A stretch of 64,000 nucleotides of DNA from Chrysomallon squamiferum (lineage: Eukaryota; Animalia; Mollusca), in NCBI GenBank assembly GCA_012295275.1, contig CM022675.1:434001-498000 (forward strand). The letters run 5' to 3'. Under the pieces are notes generated by a model, which worked only from the letters and a program-made list of their open reading frames with translations, made no database searches and had not been told where the DNA came from. Below are positions 1-13,922 of the stretch, piece by piece. The first letter of the stretch is position 1, and every line of letters starts with the position of its first letter. Both the position numbers and the translations under genes were made by a program.

Positions 1-3000
1 ACAATTATTTCAGACTTCAGTAATACTAAAGTACAGCTATCTCAGACTTCAGTAATACTAAAGTACAGGTATCTCAGACTTCAGTAATAGTAAAGTACAG
101 ATATCTCAGACTTCAGTAATACTAATTTAAAGATATTTCAGACTTCAGTAATACTAAAGTACAGCTAACTCAGACTTCAGTAACACTAAAGTACAGGTAT
201 CTCAGACTACATTACTACAAAAGTATAGATATCAATAATACTAAAGTACAGGTATCTCAGACTTCAGTAAGACTAAAGTGCAGATATCTCAGACTTCATT
301 AATACTAAAGTACAAGTATCTCAGACTTCAGAAATACTAAAGTACAGACATCTCAGAGTTCATTTATACTAAGTATAGATATCTCAGACTTCAGTAAGAC
401 TAAAGTAGAGTTGACTCAGATTTCAGTAGCACTAAACTACACCTATCGCAGACTTCAGTAATACTAAAGTACAGATATCTCAGACTTCAGTAATTCTAAA
501 TTACATCTATCTCAGACTTGAGTAACACTAAAGTACAGCTATATCAGACTTGAGTAAGACTAAAGTACAGATATTTCAGACTTCAGAAACACTGAAGTAC
601 AGATGTCTCCTCTCTTCAGTAATACTAAAGTACAGCTATATCAGACTTCAGTAATTCTAAATTACAGCTATCTCAGACTTCAGTAATATTAAAGTACAGA
701 TATCTCAGACTTCAGTAATACTAAAGTACAGCTATGTCAGACATCAGTAACACTAAAGTACAGGTATGTCAGACTTCAGTAATACTAAAGTACAGCTATC
801 TCAGATTTAAGTAACACTAAACTACAGATATCTCAGACTTCAGTAATACTAAAGTGCAGCTATCTCAGACTTCAGTAACACTAAAGTACAGGTATCTCAA
901 ACTACATTAATACGAAAGTATAGATAACTCAGACTTCAGTAGCACTAAAGTACAGGTATCTCAGACTACATTAATACGAAAGTATAGATATCTCAGACTT
1001 CAGTAGCACTAAAGTACAGGTATCTCAGACTACATTAATACGAAAGTATAGATATCTCAGACTTCATTAATACTAAAGTACAGGTATCTCAGACTTCAGA
1101 AATACTAAAGTAAAGACATCTCAGAATTCATTAATACTAAGTATAGATATCTCAGACTTCAGTAAGACTAAAGTAGAGATGACTCAGACTTCAGTAACAC
1201 TAAAGTACAGATATCTCAGATTTCATTAAGGTTAAAGTACAGATATATCAGAATTCATTAATACTAAAGTACATGTATCTCAGACTTTAGTAATACTAAA
1301 CTACAGACATCTTAGATTTCATTAATACTAAGTATAGATATCTCAGACTTCAGTAAGAGTAAAGTACAGATGTCTCAGACTTCAGTAATAATAATTTAAA
1401 GATATTTCAGACTTCAGTAATACTAAAGTACAGCTATCTCAGACTTCAGTAACACTAAACTACAGGTATTTCAGACTACATTACTACTAAAGTATAGATA
1501 TCTCAGACTTCAATAATACTAAAGTACAGGTATCTCAGACTTCAGAAATACTAAAGTACAGATATCTCAGATTTCAGTAAGACTAAAGTGCAGATATCTC
1601 AGACTTCAGTAATTCTAAAGTACAGCTATCTCAGACTTAAGTAACACTAAAGTACAGATATCTCAGACTTGAGTAACATTAAAGTACAGATATCTCAGAC
1701 TTCATTAATACTAAAGTACAGGTATCTCAGACTTCAGAAATACTAAAGTACAGACATCTCAGAGTTCATTTATACTAAGTATAGATATCTCAGACTTCAG
1801 TAAGACTAAAGTAGAGTTGACTCAGGTTTCAGTAAGGTTAAAGTACAGATATCTCAGACTTCGGTAACACTAAAGTACAAATATCTCAGACTTGAGTAAT
1901 ACTAAAGTACCGATGACTCAGACTTCAGTAATACTAAAGAGCAGATCTCTCAGACATCAGTAGCACTGAACTACAGGTATCTCAGACTTCAGTAACACTA
2001 AAGTACAGCTATAACAGACTTGAGTAAGACTAAAGTACAGATATTTCAGACTTCAGAAACACTGAAGTACAGATATCTCCTGTCTTCAGTAATACTAAAG
2101 TACAGCTATATCAGACTTCAGTAATTCTAAATTACAGCTATCTCAGACTTCAGTAATACTAAAGTACAGATATCTCAGACTTCAGTAATACTAAAGTACA
2201 GCTATCTCAGACATCAGTAATACTAAAGTACAGGTATCTCAGACTTCAGTAATAATGAAGTGCAGCTATCTCAGACTTCAGTAACACTAAAGTACAGGTA
2301 TCTCAGACTACATTAATACTAAAGTACAGATATCTCAGATTTCAGTAAGACTAAAGTGCAGATATCTCAGACTTCAGTAATTCTAAAGTACAGCTATCTC
2401 AGATTTAAGTAACACTAAACTACAGATATCTCAGACTTGAGTAACATTAAAGTACAGATATCTCAGACATCAGTAATACTAAATTACAGCTATCTCAGAC
2501 ATCAGTAATAGTAAAGTACAGGTATCTCAGACTTCACTAATAGTAAAGTACAGCTATCTCAGACATCAGTAATACTAAAGTACAGGTATCTCAGACTTCA
2601 CTAATACTAAAGTGCAGCTATCTCAGACTTCAGTAACACTAAAGTACAGGTATCTCAGACTACATTAATACGAAAGTATAGATAACAGACTTCAGTAGCA
2701 CTAAAGTACAGGTATCTCAGACTACATTAATATGAATGTATAGATATCTCAGACTTCAGTAACACTAAAGTACAGGTATGTCAGACTTCAGTAATACTAA
2801 AGTACAGATATCTCAGATTTCAGTAAGACTAAAGTGCAGATATCTCAGACTTCAGTAATTCTAAAGTACAGCTATCTCAGATTTAAGTAACACTAAACTA
2901 CAGATATCTCAGACTTCAGTAACATTAAAGTACAGATATCTCAGACTTCATTAATACTAAAGTACAGGTATCTCAGACTTCAGAAATACTAAAGTAAAGA

Positions 3001-3425
3001 CATCTCAGAATTCATTAATACTAAGTATAGATATCTCAGACTTCAGTAAGACTAAAGTAGAGATGACTCAGACTTCAGTAACACTAAAGTACAGATATCT
3101 CAGATTTCAGTAAGGTTGAAGTACAGATATCTCAGACTTCATTAATACTAAAGTACATGTGTCTCAGACTTCAGTAATACTAAAGTACAGACATCTCAGA
3201 TTTCATTAATACTAAGTATAGATATCTCAGACTTCAGTAAGAGTAAAGTACAGATGTCTCAGATTTCTGTAACAGTAAAGTACAGATATCTCAGACTTCA
3301 GTAACACTAAAGTACAAATATCTCAGACTTCAGTAATACGAAAGTACCGATGACTCAGACTTCAGATATACTAAAGAACAGATGTCTCAGACTTCAGTAA
3401 TACTAACGTACAAATATCTCAGAGT
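1..3425. repeat. 32-bp tandem minisatellite (~107 copies), intronic
   Basis: Consensus approx. ATCTCAGACTTCAGTAATACTAAAGTACAGNT; CAGAC recurs at 11, 43, 75 (period 32); no unique spacers. Confidence 0.97.
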
Positions 3426-3665
3426 ACAGAAATAAGCAACTAATTCTGAATTTAATTTTGTTTTTAAATTATTGTTAAATGGAAGGGAATAAGATTTCTC
3501 TGTTAAACATTATCACGAATACAAAAGTTAATTTAAATGAAAAAGATATCTGAATTGGATGTTTTAAATATTTTTTTAAAATGGACGTTTTATGAATACT
3601 CGTCTCTGGAAATAAAACAAAATAAGCACAAGAAAGCTGTTACAGATATTTAGAAAGTCGGGTAC

Positions 3666-3819
3666 CTGCGACCATCTCTTGCGATGTCTGATTTTGTTTT
3701 TGTCTTTCACGTGAACATAGAGCAGGTTTTCTCCAGGCATCTGCCACACTAACTGAGCTCCGTATGGTGTGATCACTTTGTACGGGGCGTGAACTGTCAT
3801 CGGTCTGTTGTGAACACAG
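3666..3819 (-). CDS. CHS: Myosin-CHS exon 27 (GT2 catalytic region)
   Basis: [51 protein letters not shown]; cag acceptor, gtaccc donor. Confidence 0.92.
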
Positions 3820-6800
3820 CTGCAAGAAAGAAAAGTCAGTGAAGCAGAAGTCTTTGATGCACAGTACAACTCAGAAATAGATTAAAAGACTGATGTCGCA
3901 TTTCTGAACAACCTTTGTGAATATTTATAAGAAAAAGATTCATGCCATTCTGAGAGGATCAGCTAATATGACCTGATATTCTAATTCATAGTCGCAAAAA
4001 TAAATACTTTTAAATTATTGTTCCTGTTGTTCCTTAAAATATATTCTAGTACCTGAGAAGGAATAATTTAGTCTTCATACATGATTAATGGTTAAATATG
4101 ATAATGTTTGAGTTTGATTTTATGAAAATAGTTTTTCTGTTACGGCTCTTTAAAAACGCAGTGAGCATAAAAAGTTATTTTTACCTGCAGGCTTCTTCCA
4201 CTAGGCTGACGAGCATTTTCACATAGCTGTTAGCAACCCATTTCTCGTTATTATCCAAATCCAGCGCATCGTCAAAAAAGATGTGGGCTGTGTAGTAAAA
4301 ATAGTATTTATAATTCATTTTAAAGGACATAGACAAGCCACATTTGCATACACCATATAAAATAAAGAATATTAATTTTTCAAAAGTTTTATATTAAAAT
4401 TATAATAAAAGTTTTTAGAACGTAAATATTTGGCTGTGTTCTGATAAAGAGTAATAACCTTCGTATTCGTAGAAATTGGGGTCATCTTTTCCTGACAGCA
4501 TCATCGCCTGTTTCCTGTTCCACTGGTCAGCGTCCAGTCTAAAAGAATAATACACAGATCAGCTTAGGTTGCACGCCAGAAATCAACATAAAAATCCATT
4601 GTGCATTTATGTGTATGCGTGTGAAATGAAATTGTTAGTTATTTTCCCTGCGTGTGTCATACTATGTATATGTATGTGTGAAATTTACTATATCATGTGT
4701 CATACTGTGTATATGTATGTGTGAAATTTACTATCTCATGTGTCATACTGTGTATATGTATGTGTGAAATTTACTATCTCGTGTGTCATACTGTGTATAT
4801 GTATGTGTGAAATTTACTATCTCGTGTGTCATACTGTGTATATGTATGTGTGAAATATAGTAACTGCAGTGCTGCTCTCATTCTGTGATCGAAACAAACC
4901 TGTGCAATGATTTTAATAGCTGAACCATTTCCACTCTGTTTTCGTGCCACATAGTCGCGCATGCGTATATTCTGGGTACGTCTGCGAGGAGCGATTCTTC
5001 AGATGGACCATTTTCTTGGTCATGTTCTTTTCTTGGCAGCGTATAAGACTTTTTCACTTTGTAATCTCCGAAGATTCGTTGATGCATAATCACTCTGAGA
5101 TTGTGGCGACGCCGATTCAGCAGCAGATTTTCTGTCGTCAGAATTCCACAGTACATTGGGTTGGTGAACAGTCTTTAATTCAAACAAACGACAGTTACCA
5201 GTGTGCCAATTGTAATTAATTTGAAAATATACAAAAGGATTCCAAAATCTAAAGAATATTCCCCAAAACACTCGTATGTTGTTTGTTTTTTTTATCATCA
5301 TCATCACGCTTATTATTATTATTATTATTATTATCATTATTATTATTATTATTTACAAATTTTTTTCCTTTTAAAAACTGTTAGCATAAAGGTGAGAACT
5401 AATGAAAGAAATCTATTTACAAACCTTTGAAATTTAGCGAGGTTTTCTTGGCGTGGAAACCAGATTTGTCTGCATATCCAGAAAAGAGAAATCCACCAAA
5501 CTATCCCGCCAACGAAATGTTGCCAGTTTTCTGATGAGTCGAGAATTGTTGTTTGGTTAACTGTTGTTTGGTTAACTGTTGTTTGGTTAATTGTTATTAC
5601 GTCCTTGAGGAAATCGTATTTGTTATTAATAAGAAATATGGCGTATGCCAGAGGCGTTGACAGGAATAATGGAATTGAGAAGGAAAATATCTGCATTCTC
5701 AGTTTGCAAGCAACGTAGCCAATGTAATAGCACACTAAACTAGAAATGACCACACCCAGAAAGGAGCCTATAGACTTCAGATTACCACCCGACACAGGAA
5801 AGGCTGTTCGAAAGTCATACAGGTTGAATGCTTTGTCAGTGAAGACCCAGGCTAGGAATGTAGTGAGAATAATTTTCCACAAGTGTGACAACATGAACAC
5901 TCCTGATCGTCCTTCTTGTAATTCGTATCGAGCCTTTACAATGAAACTGACAGATCCGTATTCTCTAATGTCACAGAAAAAACGATCATCAACGAAATTT
6001 TCCCAACAGCCAAATGACACAAACAGAAATCCAAAAACTACAAGCAAAATTCTTACTCCAGAAAGATAATTTTTCAAATCCGGTAAGAAATTCCACAGGA
6101 TAACTGCAGGGATGACACCGATCTGAGCCAATAAAGCAAGAACATCCAGAAGTTTCACTAACGTACGTGTACAACGCGAGTTCATACATCTTGTTAATCG
6201 ACTTCTATTTGCAAACAACGCGACTTCTTCTTTGACGTCTCTAGAAGAAATGAGTCGAAGAAAAGCTGGCAATATTCCAACAGCACTTAGCAGAGCAATC
6301 CCAGTGTACACATCTTTTGCATAAGGAAGAATTCTGAATATCAGCAAACATATCCCCAGAGTATGCACACTTTCCATGATGAAAACCTAAAATTATTTAA
6401 TGAACTAAAATTTTCTTAATGAGATACGGAAGATATAATTAATAAGATAAATCAGATTTTAGTTCATAATATTTATATATGGTTTTATTTTACAAGTGCT
6501 AGAAAGGGGTTTAAAACAGACATTACAGTATATAATGAAAGAAATAAATTGTTTTATATTATGTAATGTTACCTACCAGGACAAACGTTGAAATAGACGG
6601 CATGCCAAAACTTCCAAATAACCATTTGAAGAAGGAAAAGAATGACGTCAGTGCATATGGAATGACAACCAACAGCAAGGTGAGAAGATGTTTAGAACTG
6701 TCCTGCAGTGTCAAAGTCACAGTAATAAACAAAGAGTAAATACATGAAAATAATCACTTATCACATTTATCTTTGTTTGTGTTTATATGACAGTCATACG

Positions 6801-7198
6801 AACGAAGATAGATACATACATATACATATGTAAATACACATATACATATATTCCTAATACATTGCTACATACATACATACATACATAATACATACAAACA
6901 TACATACATACATACATATATACATACTACATAGATATATGTTTGAAAACAATTTCTCACAAATAATTGAAAATTCACAAAAACATATTAACTCATACTT
7001 CGATATTAGTTCTGACCTGTTTCAGTAAGACCATCAAGCTAACTTTCTGTGTAACGCAGCCCCCCAAAAGCACCAGAAAAAAGAAAAGGTAAAAAAATAA
7101 TTTCAGAAGTTTCATAGGTAGTTGTTCATGAACGTCTTTCACTGGAAGCTCTCTATCCACGATTCTAAAGATGTCCCAATACCTACAATAAACAGACA

Positions 7199-7249
<51 letters not shown>

Positions 7250-9913
7250 TTAAAATATTCTTCCATGAGAAGTAAAACAATATTTGAGAATATTTATGTG
7301 TATGTAGAATAGTTTAATTAATTTATTTTCGCGAGTCTTTTGTTTAAGCTTTTTTCTCTTATCAAGTATTAATAAGAAATGAAATTAATATGCTAAGAAT
7401 ATTGTTCATTTTGTTCTTAGGATATAACACTGTTAGGATAACACTTAGATTCTTACGCTGGAACGTCCTTTTCATTTTCTTCGACTGGTTCACTTTCTAA
7501 GTTTCTAGGGGGTAGGGGCGGTCTGTTCTTGCTGCCACTTTCTACAGAGCTGGTTCGTGCCTCTACAGTCAAACTGCTTCGAGGATCTTCAGTGAGGCTG
7601 GTTCTGGATGTCAAATCTGATTTGACGCTTGAAGCTTTCGAACTCGTTGATTGTTCTTCTATAGGATACTACGAGAAAAGGTTTTGGGAAACAAATTGTA
7701 AAATGAGAAAACAAACGTATCAGTTATTTATCAATAATCAAATTAATTACTAATCTTTGTTCTGAAAATTTGAACAGTGGATAATTACAGAATAAATCGT
7801 AACGGTACTTACTAAATTGTCTATTTCCTTTTTCAGAGTGTTTGCTTTTATACGTTGGTCATTTCGTTCTTTTTCTTTCTGCCTTTGTTGTCTTTCTTCT
7901 TCTCTTCTTTTTCTTTCTTCTTCTTCTTCTTCTTTCTTCTTTTTCTTCTTCTTCTTCTCTTCGTTTTCTTTCTTCTTCTTCTCTTCGTTTTCTTTCTTCT
8001 TCTTCTTTTCGTTTTCTTTCTTCTTCTTCTTTTCGTTTTCTTTCTTCTTCTTCTTTTCGTTTTCTTTCTTCTTTTTCTTGCAGTTTGTTCCAGAGTTCGT
8101 CTTTGACAAACACCTGGAACACATAACTCTACTTATTAATCTACACTTATTAATCTTTACTTGTTTCCCTGTTATTGTTACACTATATCAAACCAGTGCG
8201 TAGGTTCATAAGTGCTTATGTCTGTCTGTACATGTGTATATGTGTCTTCACGAGTGTGTTACTGTGACTGTGTGTATGTATGTGTACATGTGTGTGTGCG
8301 TGTGCGTTTGAGTATATATGCGTATGTCTGTATATGTACGTTTTTGTTTTAGTGTATAGGTGTGTAAGTTTCTGGTTATGTGTTTGAATCGGTATCTGTA
8401 TTTGTAGTAAAAAGTAGAAAGTAACAGAGAAAATTCAGTGCATACCTGCTCCCTACCAAGACGGTAATTTGCAGGATCAGCATCGACAGATTTCAGTATG
8501 GCTTCAGCAGCATCCTCTTTCGCAGATATGGTTTTGCATTCAGGAGCAAGCAGATGAAATCTAGGTAATACAACAATTCAGTATTATTGATATATTTCAG
8601 AATGTTAAGTCGTTCTGAATCTAACTGACGTATATTGTTCGTACGGAAAAAAAAAGTAAAGATATGTTTTTGATTACCTTTCAAACAGCTCGTGGTATCG
8701 GAATCGAACTGGAAAAGTGAGTTTTCGAATTTGTGCCACCTCTGCTATCCCATTATACTGCAGCTGTTCCAAAACTTTCTCATCTTTAAAATTGTCTGGT
8801 GTCTGAGTTTCATTAGGTTTGATACATCTTTGAAAATAACACAAAAGGAAAAACGTTTATTAGTTTTAGGAAAGGCAAAGCCATATTTTTTTCAGATTTT
8901 GAATGTAAAGATATTACATTTGTTTGATGTGCTGCAAAAAGTAAACACTAAATTACCTAATGAATCGAGCTTCCGCATGTTCCATCCTGGTTAACAAATC
9001 TTTCATGGAATTCTGAAATAACAATTGATAGAATATTTCTAAAGATAAATGTAATAACAGGTAGATATGTGAACAGGTAATTGATTTGTTTAATAATTAA
9101 TATTAAAGTTGAGAAGAAATGTAGATTACCATGAAGTATGTCATCATTGTCTTCTGACTGAGTATTTCAACTGCTGGTTTTCCATTCTGTGGTGTCACAG
9201 CTCCAAACCTATAAACAAACAACATAAACAAATATACTAATTTTTTTACTAATGATGTAGGAGTGTGGTGGACAATGGGTTACTGATATCAGTTATAATA
9301 AAGATTAATTTTTAAAATCTTTGTGTTCTGCTTGAAAATAACAAATTCTCGAGCTTTAGGACTAATTTTGTCAAACAGAAATCGCAGTGACTACTTGTTT
9401 CAATCAAGTCTAAAAATGTTTTGTAGACAATTTTTTTAAGCGACTTAATGATTTTGTACTTTGGTTCTAAGAATTATGAAAAAAGAACTGTAACAAGGGA
9501 AATAACAGGCTAACAGAAAGGTTTAAAACGAAGTTACCTGTCCTTTAGGGTCTTCAGAGTACCACGCACGAGACCTGCAGTGATTTTGTTACCGTGTGGC
9601 TTGTGACAGACCGGCTGATGTCGTCTAGACATCCTGTATGCAAACTGTGTCCTGTAAATTAAATAAACAATGCATTACCTCCCTTGTTATTGTATTAGAA
9701 TTCCAAATATTGATATATGTATGTATATAACAGTTTATTTATCGAGATATATGACTCTTACCCTGAAATTGTTCCAGTGTTTGTTGGCTGAACTGTAAAC
9801 AAATCACTGATCATCTCATTTGTGCTTTCAACGAGACACTTGAGTACGTCAGGACTAAGTACATTGCCGTTCTTCTCCAAAAATCCACTTGCGTTGTATT
9901 TCACCTTTAATAA

Positions 9914-9968
<55 letters not shown>

Positions 9969-11753
9969 TATTATCAAATAGCAGACAGTAATAAGACTTT
10001 TTTAATTCTATTAATTCATTTGTTAATAATTCTCAGATTTAACATTTAATTCTGTGTCATCACTAGATAAAATAAACTGTGTAACATCAGTACTAACCAA
10101 GCCAGCGAAGTGTTTTATGTAAAATTCTGGATGGTTTCCCTTTGTTTTGTGGTAGTATTCAGATCCGCCATAGTGGTGATCCAGTTTGGTCACTAGAGAG
10201 AGGTCTGTAGCTTGCTGGAATCTTGTGTCCTCGTCAATCAGGTGTAGGATTCCCGTCTTTTCCTGAAGTCGTAACATTATTATAACACATATGTCACGGA
10301 ATTCAGATTACGGATCAAATTGTTACTTCAATGATATCGGCGTTTTTTATTTTTATGCCATGGAATTGAAATCGCGTAACCAGTTGTAACTGCAATTACG
10401 TCCGCGCTTTTGATTGTTGCCGCCAATTTTTCAATTCCATGGCGTTGTTATAAAAGGGTTGGCATTTGGTAATTAAGCAGCGAAGGAAAAGACCAACATG
10501 AGAGCAAAGTCAGGCGGGGAAACCAATTTTTGAATGACATTGTTTTTACGGACGATTCTGGTAAGCTATTTTCTGTTCTTATTTTGATAGGTTGTAATGT
10601 GCAATTAACCTGTGTCAATAACATTTAATATATCTAAAATTTTAATTTTTTAATCTTTCCTCTGTGCAGATTCTTATTTTGTCTTGGTTCCCCGTATGAC
10701 CTTACTCGTATCATTAATCAAAATTACTTAAATATGTTTCATCGATTGTATAAATTATTAATTTTACATCACCTTTATATCATAATTAAGTAACTAACTT
10801 GTACCTTAACTTGTGTTTATTTCGACAATGGAAAGATAGAACTATTTAGATTGCTGTCAATTTAGCGTTTAAATTCCTGCTTAGGTGTCCATTGTTACCT
10901 AGGCTGAGCCTTAATAAAACATCCAAGGTGTTTAATGGTGTGGGCCCCGTGACAGTATATAAAAATAGCAGTTCTGTAAATTGTCTTCAGTCTTCACTGA
11001 AGAAGTAAATGTTTCAGTGACAGTATTTAATATAATAAAATTACTTACTTTGAAAAACATATCAACTATATCCTGATTGCTGGTATATTCTGTTGAAATC
11101 CACTCCAAACCCTCACTTTCGAATATTTGCTTTTCTCTCTGGAAAATTTTATTGTTCATGAACATCTGGAATTTTTCATTCACTATATTGATGCAGAGTT
11201 GTTCTAAGCCATTGTTTCGCAAACTCTCAAATCCACATATATCCAAAATGCCAATAGACCCGGCAACATCACACCTACTTTTAATTATAAATTAAACGTT
11301 AAAACGGTTGTAATAAACGGTTTTGTAGTCACTAAGTTAAATAGAACTTACAAAAAGATTGTCTGTCTTACATATCTGGTGCTTAAATGAAGAGAACGTT
11401 TTTATATATATATATTTGTATTACAACAACACTAATTGCTACAACACCAAAAACAACAACAACAACAACTATTACTACTAGTTCCACCAATGCTGCTATT
11501 ATTACTGCTAATGATAAGAATAACAGTAAGAAACTGGGATTAAGACATACTTGGAATTTGTTTTGTGGAGAGCCACGTTGATCTGTCTGACAAGCCAGCC
11601 GAACAGTCTGTCGTAGAGAGCTTTAGCAAGAGCGTCTCGCCCCTCATCTGCCTGAGCCTTGTTGTTCAGACAGTCAATAATCTCACCTACATCACATCAT
11701 AATGTAACTATAATGTGCGTGTCTCTGTTTGTGAGTATACATACATGCATACG

Positions 11754-11792
<39 letters not shown>

Positions 11793-13890
11793 CTATTTAA
11801 AATATTAATAGACCAATTTTTATTTTGACTAAAGTTACCATTTTAATTCAGACACTATAAACAAAAATATTAAGAACATATATATTTTTAAAATACAATG
11901 GTACCTTGACTTACGAGTGCTCTTACTTTACGATTTTTACGAGTTAACAGCAGTCGCCTGGTCGATTTTTTGCTTTGAGTTGCGAGCCGAAATGCATATT
12001 ACGAGCGAGCTTCAGTTACGCCGCCGCTTGTTGGCGCAACGAACAACACAACATCCTCCCAGCTTTCCGCGTCTCACTTGTTTACATCACGTGATTAGCT
12101 CGCAGTGGAAATATCTCTGTTGTGTTGTGCTCGAGTTTTGTGCAGAATTTTGTCAAATTTCCATGGATCGTAAGAAAGTGAGGGGAAAGGACACTTTAGA
12201 AAAGAAGATGCGGATGCTGTCCATTGAATTAAAGCATGAAATAATAGAAAAACACGAGCGAGATGTGTTTGTAGTCGACTTGGCTAGGCAGTACGAGCAT
12301 ACTACTTCTACGATATGTATCATATTGAAACAGAAGGAATCGATAAAGGCTATAACTGCAGCCAAAGGCATTAAGATAATTTCTAGTATGAAAGGATGGA
12401 GAAGCTGCTGTTGGCGTGGTTGAAGGAGAAGCAGCTCGCAGGTGACAGCACGGGAAGATACGTTTAAAGCCAGTCGGGGCTGCTTCGACAATTTCAGGCT
12501 TCGTGAGGCAGCGAGCCCAGATGTGAAAGCAGCTCAGGATTATCTCAAAACTTTTTCCGAAATGATAAGTCTTCAGCTGTGATGAGAAAGGGCTATTCTG
12601 GAAAAAGACGCCAAGGAAGACTTACGTAACGGCAGAAGAGAAGAACATGCCAGGCCACAGACCCATGAATGATAAGTTAACCCTCTTGCTTCTCGTACAT
12701 TGAAGCCGCTGCTCGTATATCATTGGTAAAACCCCAGAGTCTTTAAGTTGCATACGATTATAAAAGAAAAACTGCAGGTTATGTGGAGGGAAAACCCAAG
12801 GCGTGGTTCACCAGGCAGTTTTTTTTTTGTGGAGTGGGTAAACCTGATTTTTGGTCGTTCTGTTCAGAAGATCCTCCAGGAAAATAACTAACTCTACAAG
12901 CTCTTCTTGTCCTGGACAACGCTCCTGCTCACCCACCGAACCTCGAAGACGACATCCTCAAAGAGTTCACATTTATAAATGTTCTCTACCTTCCAACCAA
13001 CACTACACTGTCCTACAACCCATGGACCAGCAGGTGATTTCAAATTTTAAGAATCTCTTCACCAAGCACCTCTTCCGCCACTGTATTTATAAATGACAAT
13101 TCTTGTATAAGCACAAAATGAAATAGAATGTAAAGAAATAAATTGGTTTCGTAAAGTTTATTTATCTTGGAGATCAGACAACTTGGCCTAACTTAATTGC
13201 TGATTTCTTTTCAGTTTGCTTTCGCTTAACTTAATCTTCTTCACTGATTTTTGTCCTTTTCGCCACGCTTTCCTCTTCTGCAGGATGTTTCAATAAAAGA
13301 AATCTTTCGATGGAAGTGTGTTTCTTCCTCTCATTCAGAATGTTTCGGAAATGCGTTTGGCAAGTGTCATTATAAAGTGCAGAAGCACAACCAGTTGCAA
13401 CTTTATCTGGGCGTTTGCTTTCACTAAACTCTGAAAGTCTCTCCTACAAACCCAACATTTCCTGTATCTCAGCTGTTGAGATATTCTCAGCCACTTCTGG
13501 CCCCTCCGCAGTACCAGTTTCCTACAAAACCTTTGGAGTGGGTTTTTTTTTTTTGGTGGCTGGAACGGATTGATGGGAAAACTGGGAAAACTGATTTTAT
13601 ATACGAGAATGGTTACGGAACTCGTAAGTCAAGGTACCACTGTATTTTTAGACCAAATTCCAAAAATGCATGAAGGTTAATGTTAAATTTTGAAGTTGAT
13701 AGCAAAATAGCAATGTATGCATACCTTCATAAAAGCTTTAATTTAAAATGATGCTGAATAATAATAAAATAAAATAAAATCAATAATAAATGAATCGTAT
13801 TTTTTCTTACCAGCGACTTTTATTTTCCTGGTCACGAGAAACTTTGCAAAACTTTCAACATCAATCTGCAGAAGTGTCGCAGCTACAAAA

Positions 13891-13922
<32 letters not shown>

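Noticed and set aside
1-3425. CRISPR-like array (32-bp period)
   Set aside because: Monomers are contiguous with no unique spacers, there are no cas genes, and the context is a eukaryotic intron.
3576-3605. Short terminal exon RRVFIKRPF* after exon 27
   Set aside because: It would truncate the enzyme before the expected VMYMY, EDR and QRRRW motifs; the real next exon more likely lies beyond the satellite, outside the window.
7817-8203. Plus-strand Phe/Ser/Leu-rich ORFs
   Set aside because: Antisense shadows of the GAA-rich SAH exon.
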